64,000 bases of DNA from Narcine bancroftii. Its lineage: Eukaryota. Shown in pieces: positions 1 through 12,000 of this stretch. Position 1 is the stretch's first letter. The number at the start of each line of letters is the position of its first letter. Location: assembly GCF_036971445.1 (NCBI RefSeq), contig NC_091482.1, forward strand, positions 68,758,001 to 68,822,000, in the 5' to 3' direction. The position numbers and the translations under genes are program-made. The notes beneath the pieces are model-generated. The model was not told where the DNA came from. It was given only the letters and a program-made list of their open reading frames with translations, and did not search any database.

Positions 1-1869
1 ACCTATTTCAATCATTACCAATTCACCTAACAGAGAAATTCTTCAAGGAGCTAAAGAAAATAATAAGGAAATTCTTATGGAAAGGGGGGAAACCGAGGAT
101 AGCGCTAGATAAATTAACAGAATGGTACAAACAAGGGGGCTTACAGCTACCAAACTTTAAGAATTATTATAGAGCAGCACAATTAAGATACCTATCAGAT
201 TTTTATCAAACAAGGGAAAAACCAGATTTGACAGGTTAAAGCTAGATAAAATAGGGGAGAAGGTACTAGAACATATACTTTATAAGTGGGATGAAAAACT
301 GGTGCAACATAGTGTGATAGTACAGATTCTATCACCAATGTGTATATGTACCTATGTACAGATGGTCGTGTAGGATGACTGTGATTGGTTGAGAGTGTAG
401 CCACACCTACTGGTAGGTCTTAAAGGATTGCTCCTAGCCAGACCAGGTCATTCTGGACTGGTCGACCTACTTGTGATATGCTCCAGTCTTTTAGTTAATA
501 AAAGCCTTGGTTTGGATCAACAATTCTTTGGTTCTTTCGACGCGCATTACTCATAGAAGTTCACCAGTACTGCACCATCTGCTCCACATTTGGAAGAAGA
601 TTCACGTAAAAAGAAAAAAAACAAATTACCAACTACCAAAATTATTATTGACGCAAAATCAACTAATCCCTTTCACAATAGATATCCTTTCCTTTAGAGA
701 ATGGGAGAGAAAAGGGATCAAAAGAATAGAAAATTGTTTTTTGGGAAATAACTTATTATCTTTTGAACAAATTAAGTACAAATATGGTATAACTCACGGT
801 ACAATGTTTGCATACCACCAAACCTACTTAAAGGACAAATTGGGAAACAGACTGAGGTTACCAGAAGGAAGCAATTTTGAATATGTGATTACAGACACAA
901 TGATAATTAAAAGATTTATTACAAACATGTACATTAAGCTGCAAGATAAAGAAAATGATGAAATAAGCTATAAACCCAAACAAAAGTGGGAACAAGATCT
1001 AAACATAAAGATAAAAAATGAAAAATGGGAAAAGCTATGCTCCAGAACTATGAGAAATACAATAAACACAAAGTTACAAATGATATAATATAATTGGTTT
1101 CACAGGCTATACATCACACCCCAAAAGTTAAATAAATGGGACCCAACAGTATCAGACAGATGTTTTCGCTGTAAGAAGGAAACGGGAACAACAGTACATG
1201 CAATTTGGGCATGTGAGAAAGTGGAAAAGTTTTGGGAAGATCTAAACCAGGTATTAAATAAAATCACAAAAAGCAACATATCAAAAAATCCAGAGATCTT
1301 TCTTCTAAGTAATATAAGAAGTAAAGAACTAGGCCTCAAATTGGATGAAGCACAAAAAAGATTTATTATGATAGCCTTAGCTGTAGCAAGAAAATGTATA
1401 ATGTCAACCTGGAAATCAGAAGAGAGCCTGAGAGTACAGCAATGGTACATAGAAATGAATAAATGTAATCCATTGGAAAAAAAATAACATAATTTAAAAA
1501 ATAAAGTCACAGTATTCGAACAAATTTGGGAACCGTACATGGAACACAACAGAGAGGGCCTACCGCGGACCTCCACCCCCTAAAATGATAGAATGAGAAG
1601 AAGACGAAATGAACTGACCCAGTGTGTAAAAGCAAATGACACAATTTTCTTGTTTATTTTCATTGTGTGATGACATTGTTTAATGGGTTTATTGTATTGT
1701 ATATGTTGAACGTTTAGTGGGTAGGGAGGGGGGGTTGGGAAGGAGGAAGGGAAGGGAGGGGGCAAAAAAGAGGGAGAAAATGACACTGCGTATATTCAAG
1801 AGGGAAATGTTTGTGTGTATTTTGGTTAATATGGTTCATAGTGTGAAAAATAAAATTTTTTTAAAAAAA
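1..1869 (+). mobile_element. L1-clade LINE copy A, 3' part of ORF2 plus 3' UTR and A-rich tail, degenerate
   Basis: GGLQLPNFKNYY and CFRCKKE..TTVHAIWAC zinc-knuckle motifs, stop at 1581, G-rich 3' UTR, AATAAA/poly-A; near copy of 4860-6450. Confidence 0.92.
313..551 (+). mobile_element. Solo LTR inserted in L1 copy A
   Basis: TGTGATAG...CATTACT termini, 5-bp TSD CATAG (308-312, 552-556), AATAAA; removing it restores the L1 sequence. Confidence 0.88.
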
Positions 1870-4800
1870 TCCAAGATCCATCTTAGTAAAATTTTTGAGA
1901 TATACGACAAGAGAAAATATACTGGAGCGGGCAAGGAATAAAATTAGAGAAGATAATAAACCATTGGAATACAAGGGTCAAAAAATATTTTTTTACCCAG
2001 ACATAAGGTCTTAAAGAAGAGGAAGGAGTTTAATACAGCAAAATTGATCCTATGGAAAAAAGGTTATAAATTCATGTCAAGACATTCAGCTGTGTTCTCG
2101 GATCTGGAGGAAGCACAAGAATTCGCAAAGCGTTTGCAGGACAGAAGGAGAAATGAAAAGATGGAATAAGAATGAAGAATGGCGATAAAGTATATATAAA
2201 GATGTAAAAACAATGTATATGTAAAGAACTAAAGAGGGAAAAGGGAAAGAAGTAAGGGGAAAAAAGGGAGAGCTTTGTTATATGTGTAAAAAAGTGTTTT
2301 CTAGGGGTGGGGGTGGGGGAAAGAGTAACCGTTACTGCGAAATCAGTTGACGCTTGCGAACAAGAGTGCAATCCAAATGGAAAGGGGTGTTGTGGTTGCC
2401 TGGCAAGGGATAAGGGGCAGCTCAGAGAGGGCAGGGGGAACATTTGGGGTTAAGGTAATATTGGGTGTGGGAGTTGTTGGAGTATTTTATGTTTTAAATG
2501 TGTTGTCATACATGACAATGAGGTGTAAACAAGATATAAGATGGCCACGTTGGACTATATGACTATGAATGGAATAAATAACCAAATTAAAAAGAAGAGG
2601 CTATTAAATTTACTGAAAAAAGAAAAAATAGACATAGCACTTGTGCAGGAAATGCAACTAATTGAAGTGGAACGTAACAAGTTAAAGAGAGACTGGGTAG
2701 GACACATGGCGGCAGCATCATGTAATTCAAAAGCTAGAGGTTATTAATATTAATTAATAAAAATGTACCAATCAAAATAGAGGAGGAAATAATAGATCCG
2801 CAGGGAGGTATGCAATGATAAAGTGTCAGGTACACTCAGAATTTTGGAATTTGCTCAATATATATGCACCTAATGAGGAAGACCAAAAGTTTATGCAGGA
2901 TATTCTTTTGAAGATTGTAGATACACAAGAAAATATATTGATAGGAGGGGATTTTAACCTTAATTTGGATCCAATGTTGGATAAAACTGTACAAAAGACA
3001 AGCAAAAAGAATAAAATAGATGCAGGAAATGAAACTTATGGATATATGGAGGAGGCAGCACCCAAGAGAGAAGAAATATTCATATTATTCGAGTAGGCAT
3101 AAAACATACTCAAGGATTGATATGTTTTTGTTGTCAGCCCATATTCAAGGGAGAGTTAGGAAAACTGAGTATAAAGCTAGATTGCTATCTGATCATTCAC
3201 CTCTTTTATTAGCAATAGAACTGGAGGACATCCCACCAAGAACATATAGATGGAGGTTAAACTCCATGCTACTTAAAAGCCAGGAATTTAGAAAGTTTAT
3301 TGAATGCCAAAAAAACATATTTTGAAATAAACATGAAATCAGTGAAAGACAAATTTATATTATGGGATGCAACGAAAGCCTTCATTAGAGGGTAGATAAT
3401 AAGTTATGTCACTAAGATGAAAAAGGACTACAATCGGGAAATAGAGCAGTTGGAAAGGGAGATAGTAAGTACAGAAAAGGAACTAGTAAAAAGGGATGAT
3501 AAAACAAAAAAGAGGGAATTGGCAGACAAATAAAAATAAACATTACCAACGTACAAGGTGGAGAAGAACATAATGAAAATAAACCAAAAGTATTACGAAC
3601 TGGGAGAAAAAAAAACACATAAAATATTAGCCTGGCAACTTAAAACAGGACAAGCAGGAATTTAATGAAAACTTTAAGGAACTTTATGAACAATTATACC
3701 AAACTGAGAACAAGGGGAAAGATGATAAAATAGAAGAGTTTTTAGCTAAAATTGAACTGCCAAAATTGCAAGAGAAACAAACCAAACTGATAAAACCATT
3801 TGAAAAAGAGGAAGTACAGGATATATTAAAAAAGTTGCCGAACAATAAAACGCCAGGAGAGGATGGATTCCCAATAGAATTCTACAAAACATTTAAAGAG
3901 TTATTAACTCCTCCTCTCCTGGAAGTAATGAACCAGATAGAAGAAATACGAAACTTGCCAGATTCATGTAAGACAGCAGTAATTACAGTAATACCAAAAA
4001 TGGGGAAGGATCCATTAACACCAGCATCATATAGACCAATATCTCTACTTAACTCAGATAATAAGATAATAGCGAAATTATTAGCATACAGATTAGCCGA
4101 TTGTGTACCAAAAATAGTGAAACAAGATCAAACTGGATTTATTAAGAAAAGATGAACAGCGGATAATATCTGTAAACTTATTAATCTAATTCATGCAGTT
4201 CAAGGAAATAAGAAACCAACAGTGGCTGTTGCTTTAGATGCAGAAAAAGCCTTTGACAGAGTAGAGTGGAATTACTTATTTAAAATATTACAAAAGTTCA
4301 ATCTACCAGAAAAATATATAAATTGGATTAAAGCATTGTATAATGGACCGTTGGCAAAGGCAGCAGTAAATGGATATGTATCGAACCAATTTAAATTAAG
4401 TAGGTCAACTAGACAGGGATGTCCATTATCCCCCTCATTGTTTGCCTTAGCAATAGAACATTGGCAGAACAGAAAATAAAATAAAAGGGATAAAAATAAA
4501 GGAGGAGAATAAAATCAGCTTATTTGCAGATGACATCATAGTATACCTAACAGAACCAGAAATATCAATAAAAGAATTGAAGGAGTATGGAGAAATATTG
4601 AGGAACAAGATCAACAGAAATATAAGTGAAGTGATGCTAATGAGTAACATGGATTATACAGAATTTAAAAAAGAATCACCATTTAAATGGCAAACACAAG
4701 CAATCCGATACCTAGGTATCAGTTTAGATAATAACTTAAGCCACTTGTACAAACTAAATTATTAGCCACTAATAAAGAAATTGCAGGAAGACTTAGAACA

Positions 4801-6450
4801 TTGGAAAGAATTACCGCTAACGTTGATAGGTGGGATAAATTGCATTAAAATGAATGTTTTCTCAAGGATACAATACTTATTTCAATCGTTGTCGATTCCC
4901 TTAACAGAGAAATTCTTTAATGAACTAAAGGGAATAATAAGGAAATTCTTGTGGAAAGGGGGGAAACCAAGGGTAGCATTAGATAAATTAACAGAGAGGT
5001 ATACACAAGGTGGTTTGCAGTTACCAAACTTTAAAAATTATTATAGAGCTGCACAATTAAGCTATTTATCAGATTTTTACTAGACAAGGGAAAAACCAGA
5101 CTGGACTAAGATAGAATTAGATAAAATAGGGGAGAAGGTACCAGAACATATACTTTATAAGTGGGATTAAAAACTGGTGCAATATAAAAGCTCACCAGTA
5201 TTGCATCATTTACTTAATATATGGAAGAAGATCCACTTAGAAAGGAAAAAAATGAATTACCAAATACCAAAATTGTTATTGACACAAAACCCACTAATCC
5301 CTTTTACAATAGATAACCTTTCCTTTAGAGAATGGGAGAGAAAAGGAATCAAAAGAATAGAAAATTGTTTTTTGGGAAATAATTTATTAACATTTAAACA
5401 GTTGAAGTACAAATATGGAATAACTCATGGTACAATGTTTGCATATCATCAGCTGAAAGCTTATTTAAAGGATAAATTTGGAAATGGACTGAGATTACCA
5501 GAAGGAAGCAGCTTTGAATATGTGATTACAGACACAATGATAATTAAAAGATTTATAACGAACATGTACATTAAGCTGCAAGATAAGGAAAATGATGAAA
5601 TATGCTCTAAACCTAAACAAAAGTGGGAAAGGATCTAAACATAAAGATAAAAAATGAAGCATTGGAAAAGTTATGTTCTGGAACTGTGAAGAATACAATA
5701 AACACAAGGTTACGCAGGTTATATATCACACCTCAAAAGTTAAAAGAATGGGATCCAACATTATCAGATGGATTTTTCACTGTAAGAAGGAAATGGGTAC
5801 AACAGTACATGCAATTTGGGCATGTACGAAAATGAAAATGTTTTGGGAAGATCTAAATTAGATATTAAATAAAATCACAAAAAACATACCAAAAAATCCA
5901 GAGATCTAAGTAACATAAGAAGCAAGGAATTAGGCCTCAAATTGGATAAAGCGCAAAAAAGATTTATTATGAGAGCCTCAGCAGTAGCAAAAAATATGTA
6001 CAATGTCAACTTGGAAAATGGAAGAGAGCCTGAGAATACAGCAATGCTACATGGAAATGAATAAATGTATTCCATTGGAAAAAAAAATAACATATAATTT
6101 AAAAAATAAAGTCACGTTGTTTGAAAAAAATTTGCAAACCATACATGGAACGTAACAGAGAGGGCTTGCCTCAGACCTCCACCCCCTAAAATGATAAGAA
6201 GACAAAATGACTTGATTTGGTGTGTAAAAGTAGATGACACATTTTTTTTGCTTATTTTTCATTGTTTCATGGTTTCATTGTATTGTATATGTTGAATATT
6301 TGTTGGTTTTGGAGGGGGGTGGGAAGGGGGGAGGGAGAAAAAAGGGAGAAAATGCCACTGTGTATATTTAATGAGAAACGTTTGTATATATTTTGGTTGA
6401 TATTGTTCACAATGTGAAAAATAAAAAAATTATAAATAAATAAAAAACAA
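1870..6450 (+). mobile_element. L1-clade LINE copy B: ORF1 C-terminus, frameshifted ORF2 (APE endonuclease, RT, Cys-rich domain), 3' UTR and tail
   Basis: NIYAPN, GGDFN, SRID, SDHSP (endonuclease); YRPISLLN, LDAEKAFDRV, RQGCPLSP, LFADD (RT); many stops and frameshifts. Confidence 0.95.
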
Positions 6451-7373
6451 ATTAAACATGGCCAGCAAGAATTTATAATAATGTGTGAAAAAAGTCGGAG
6501 CTGGAAAGATTATGTGAGCAACAGGGGAGAAAACTTTGAGGACCCCAATTACATGTCTGGCATATTGCTTAGTAATCAAAGTTAATAATGATTGGAAGCT
6601 CTCACCCTGTCTGTGGAGTATATTTTTAAGACTGAAATTAAAATTTTCTCTGGTTAAGATGTGTAATAAAAATCCAATGAAAGAATGGTTGTTTCAAAAA
6701 TTGCCCGCTGCCGTAAATAAAAAAATTAGGAAATGAAGAATGGCCACTGGGAGGAATCTGGGATCTAGCTAAGTGTAAAAGAGCAGAAGAGGCTATATGG
6801 AAGTGATATAGATTCGTGGAAACTACTAATAATGGCTTGGAGAACTGCAGATAAGGAAATAAATCAGAGGTCCAGAGACGAAATGGGAATGTAATGCAAG
6901 TCAAGGAGGGATAACGGTAAGTGATGGAAAGGGAGGCAGCAAACCTTGGAGGTACTGAAGTATCAATGTGAGAAGCATGATAGGGAAAAGACTGGAAAGC
7001 TAAAGAAGGATACAGGAAAGGAAAAAGGTAATGATATATCAGAAAGGGGTCTGGTCCCGGCAATGTCTGGCTTGTAAGAACTGTTCCAAAATTACACGGA
7101 TCAGAAGACTCCCAATGGCCTCCTGAATTAAACTTCAGGAGTTGCAGAAACTAACCCAGCTAAGTTATTTGGATAAGCAGCACATAAAACTAGAAGGAGC
7201 TAATCAATTGTGATTAATATTGAAATAAAAATTAAAAGTGACATTTAAAAATCACAAATTCCTAAAATTTAAATAAGGAACAGACCAGCACCAACTACAG
7301 AATGCGAAACTGATTTAGCATTTCAGATTAAAGATATGATATTTACTATTAAAATGGTAGCGTACTCTCTTGC

Positions 7374-7917
7374 TCCATCCTCAACATCCATTGGAGCGCT
7401 TACACCCCTAACGTCGAAGTACTCGAGATGGCAGAGGTCGACAGCATCGAGTCCACGCTGCTGAAGATCCAGCTGCGCTGGATGGGTCACGTCTCCAGAA
7501 TGGAGGACCATCGCCTTCCCAAGATCGTATTATATGGCGAGCTCTCCACTGGCCACCGTGACAGAGGTGCACCAAAGAAAAGGTACAAGGACTGCCTAAA
7601 GAAATCTCTTGGTGCCTGCCACATTGACCACCGCCAGTGGGCTGATAACGCCTCAAACCGTGCATCTTGGCGCCTCACAGTTTGGCGGGCAGCAACCTCC
7701 TTTGAAGAAGACCGCAGAGCCCACCTCACTGACAAAAGACAAAGGAGGAAAAACCCAACACCCAACCCCAACCAACCAATTTTCCCCTGCAACCGCTGCA
7801 ATCGTGTCTGCCTGTCCCGCATCGGACTTGTCAGCCACAAACGAGCCTGCAGCTGACGTGGACTTTTTACCCCCTCCATAAATCTTCGTCCGCGAAGCCA
7901 AGCCAAAAAAAAGAAGA
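7374..7917 (+). mobile_element. RTE-clade LINE, 5'-truncated
   Basis: [25 protein letters not shown]...C2H2 end; 10-bp TSD ACTCTCTTGC (7364-7373, 7918-7927). Confidence 0.92.
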
Positions 7918-8930
7918 ACTCTCTTGCCCACACCCCCGCCTTAGAGAGAGGAGAGGAGAGATTTTTTCTGCTATCCCTTCATAAATGACTTAACCCTTTG
8001 TTTTGCTAATCTGTATGTGCATTCTAAGACCACATTAAGCGCCAGGGCTTCCAACATTTTCAAAACAGCACTGAGCCATGCAAATGTTCTACTTGAAACT
8101 CTTCAAAGATAAAACAAGGACCACAATGCCACACCGACTGCTCTACTCAGTTACAACTCCTTATGGAAAAGCATCAGAGGCAGATTTCCAATCACCTGTT
8201 ATTCTTCATTTTGTTGAACATCTTGCATCACGAGTCTCCCAGACTCATGTGAAACATACTTCGATTGAAAAAGTTTGTTCATCTACCAAAATATATCGTA
8301 GAAAATACATGTTTAAAACTGGCACGCCATGCCATTAGTTCACCAATCCGATCCATGTAACACACAATCTCAAGCAACTGGAAAATTCACTTATCCAGCA
8401 TCTGCCAATCCCTGTAGGTGGCGGATATCAGTGATTTTACTTTGAAGGCATTCTTTCTCTGGGTGATCTCATCACCATCAATCCCTGACATGATTTAAAT
8501 CCAAACAAGGAGATGAAATTAGCTCTTCTGTCTGTTATGTATCTTCAGTGAAATAAGCTTGGAACCATTGCAGTCCTGTTCAGAAGCAGCATGTGGCTAC
8601 AGTGCACAGCGTTGTTAATTACAACTGCTGTAACAAGGTAAAATTACTTAATTATTAAGATGGCTCCTGCAGGAAAAAAAATTAACACGGGCAAGAACGA
8701 TCACTGTTCTTATCGCAAGGCTCATATAGAATAAAAAAAAGCTTCCTCTGGTTGTACGATGTCTGACATGTTAGTGTTGAACCCGTGCAATGAGAATGCT
8801 TCACTCCTTATTTGAATCACGCATCTCTTTCTTCACGACACAACAGGAAAAATAGAAATGTTTTTTGTATGGACTCTCAAACCCACTGGTGAGAAACAAG
8901 AAACAGCTGTCAGACTTAATGTTTACATAC

Positions 8931-9047
8931 TTGTTCAGATGTCGGTTCTAATAGCCGTGAGAGTGTTGACAGTATGTTCACTAAAAGCTGTGCTTCCTTG
9001 CTGTTAAACTCCTCTTCATCCCCACTCAGCTGCGTCACAAGGGATCT
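8931..9047 (-). CDS. FANCI: FANCI exon 27 ([23 protein letters not shown]...LLEPTSEQ)
   Basis: AG/GT boundaries, 117 nt, homology. Confidence 0.94.
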
Positions 9048-12000
9048 CTGACAGCAAATGGAACAGAACAAAAATCTTTTTATTTTCCATTTACTGTTCA
9101 CGTTAAAGGATAATCACGTATTCACGATTAGAACCATGAATATGATGTATTTACTATAATTGCAGTGGGACGCAATCATTCTGTAGGAAGATAAGTGGCC
9201 TTAAATTAAAAGCAGTACCACTTACCTGGAGGGAAGCAATAAATGCTGCAGACGCTGTGATTGTAGTGTAATACACAAAAGTGCTAGGGCAACTCAACAA
9301 GTCCCGCAGTGTCCACATGAGGTAAAGATATATAACCAATGTTTCGGGCCTGAGCCCTTCGTCAAGGCATGAGGAAAAAGCTCATAAAAAAGGTGGGGAG
9401 GAGGGAAGAAGGGGCAGGGAGAGAAGCACAAGCCAACAGCCCATAGGTGGACATGGATAGGAAGGCAGGTTAGACAACTGATAGCCCTCTACCCTGATCA
9501 ATTCTGAGCTTTTACTTTCCGCCCTCTAATCCATGTTCATCTACGACTTCTTGGCCTGTGCTCCTATCCTTTTCTTCCCTCCTCCTCTCCTCCATCTTTT
9601 TAATTCAGACACCCTCCTGCTTTTTGCCCATTCCTTGACGAAGGGGTCATTGATTATATATATCTTTGCCTCCTGTAGATGCTGTGGGACCTGCTGAGCT
9701 TCTCCAGGAGTTTTGTGTATTAACCACTTACCTGGAACTGTCTAATATGGAAGGCTACTTTCTCCGTAATGTTGACATTCTCCTGCTCTTCTTCTCCATC
9801 ACTCATCAAATCTAAATATAAAATTCATAGAATATTTTAGTCGCCATTTTCTCTTTTCCAAAAAGATTTTTTTTTAAATTTATCAGCATGTTAACAGGCC
9901 TTTTCAGTCCATGAGCCCATGCAGCCCAATTGACCTAACACCTCCAGTAAGTTTTGAACAGTGGGAGGAAACCGGAGCCCTCAGGGAAAACCCACGCAGA
10001 CATGGGGAGACAATACAAACTCCTTACAGACAGCGGAGGGATTCGAACCCAGGCCCTGATCGCTGGCGTTGTAACAACGCTGTGCCAACTGTGCCGATTA
10101 GGGTGCCACAAGCATCATTGGTACCAACAAACCATTAGGAACATCAAGTACTTCCAGATTACTTGCAATTCTGCTAAGATGCATGCCTCCCTTTATAATG
10201 CTCTTTTAAATATTTGCATATCAGTTCATAGGAAGCAAGTGTAGAACTCTTCCATCATACGACACAGGTTGAATACAAGTAAATTACAAATTTCTGTAAG
10301 CACCATGGTCGAAGTAAAACACACAATGCTGGAGAAGCTCAGCAGGTCAATCAATGTCCTTTATGAAGCAACGGCAAAGATATAGAACCGACGTTTCGGG
10401 CTTGAGCCCTTCAACAAAGTATGAGAAATCGTTCCTGAGTTTAATTGAGCTTCCTTTTAATAATCAAGAGTGAAATGTCTGCGTTTTTGTCTGTGTTTGA
10501 GAACGAAAATTAATATTGGGTCCCAAAAGAGAGTCCCCCTAGAATCACTGAGTGCCTGTCAATTTGCCTCCAGCGCTCCTGCAGCCCTTCCATCCACACA
10601 GAATCCATTCCAAACCTTCCGCAACCTGAGCTCCAGATCCAAACCTCCAACACTTTGCGACCTGGGTCCAATACCTGGGACCTCTTCAGCCAGTCTCCAG
10701 CAGTCTGCCACCTGGTGTGGATCTCTTAACCATAGTCATCAGTAGCCCACAGCCAGCATGGGTTCCTCACCTCGAGTCACCAACAGCCCGTGTCTGTGTG
10801 TTCTTCAGTCACAGAGCACAGAGCCCCTCGCTGATCCGCCACCGTGCTCACCGTCCCATGGGTCGTCTCCTCTGCCTCTCCTTCTCAGACAGTGGGGCGG
10901 GGGGGTTCTCTCTCTTTTCTGGTGCCCTGCACCAGTCCTCTGCTTCCCTGGAGTCTATAACCTCTGGTGGCTGCTGCCAATCCTAGGCACCGCCATCTTG
11001 GGTGCAGAATCCGAAGCCGCAGGATTTTCAATAAAACTATCAGCTTCTTTAACAGGCCGTTTAAAGCTTGCTCACAGCTGATGGCAGTCGAACTGGGCAG
11101 CGGGACCCCGTGGTAAAGCATCGTGCTTCCTATCCCTGCTCTCCGTGGGTCCACACCAGCGGCAGTGCTGTGGTTAATTTATATCAGGCACCACACACTT
11201 GAATATGAATAAGCCAATCATTTACATCTCGGGGTCTACAACATTTGAAAAAATTTCCCACACCTGACTGCATTTAGAAGACTAATGATATTCTTGCCTG
11301 GCTCATCCAGTCTGGTTCTCACATTTGGATAGAAACTCATTACAGCCACACACAATCAAGGTGTGTCTCAAGTAATAAAAATCAAGGGTTTACCTACTAA
11401 CCTAATGTTCTGAAGAACTGTTGAATCTTGCTTTGAAATCTCTGTTGCACTGAGTTAAATATACGCAGTAATCCTTCCAAACATAGTCGTGAAATAGTTC
11501 TTCCTTTCTCTTTCTTCCCAGATTCTTCCACTGCTGACGGAATTGATGTGTATCTCCATAGGAGAACCCTACCAATGCAACAAATAGGTGCTGGTAACGA
11601 CATAGATCACATTATTTCTCAACAAGAGAACCTTATTGTTTGCTGACAGAGCACAAATTTACAGATTCTGGTATTTCAAATGAGTGAATATCAGACAATT
11701 AAAATACCTAAAAATTATCAGTAAAATTAGAAAGCACGGAAAACAAATTGTAACAGGGTCAAGAACAAATCCATTAACATTTCGTACACAATTCTTCAAA
11801 ACAACCCAAAACAATGAACCATCTTTCCCTTTCATATGAGGACCAAGTTGCCATGTATTTACAAAATTCTCTCATTTTGGTTTTGGTTTCTGATAAATGC
11901 TGCCTTTTCTTTCACTGCTTGTAAAAATCAAGGGTATTAGATAAACGTTTAGAAAAAGATAAATTATTTGATTACAGTAAAATCCCCGTTATCCGGAAGT

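Noticed and set aside
1870-6450. L1 ORF2 pieces as functional RT/endonuclease genes
   Set aside because: Numerous frameshifts, stops and deletions
6460-7070. Possible old LINE fragment or coding exon
   Set aside because: Motifs too degraded to assign a family or strand
1-8930. FANCI exon 28 (FVQMLSW-like)
   Set aside because: Not found by eye; the region is mostly retroelements, so the exon is presumably outside the window
10530-11160. GC-richer segment sharing TTAACAGGCCGTTTAAAGC with ~52185-52270
   Set aside because: Likely an unclassified interspersed repeat; no boundaries or coding signal could be supported
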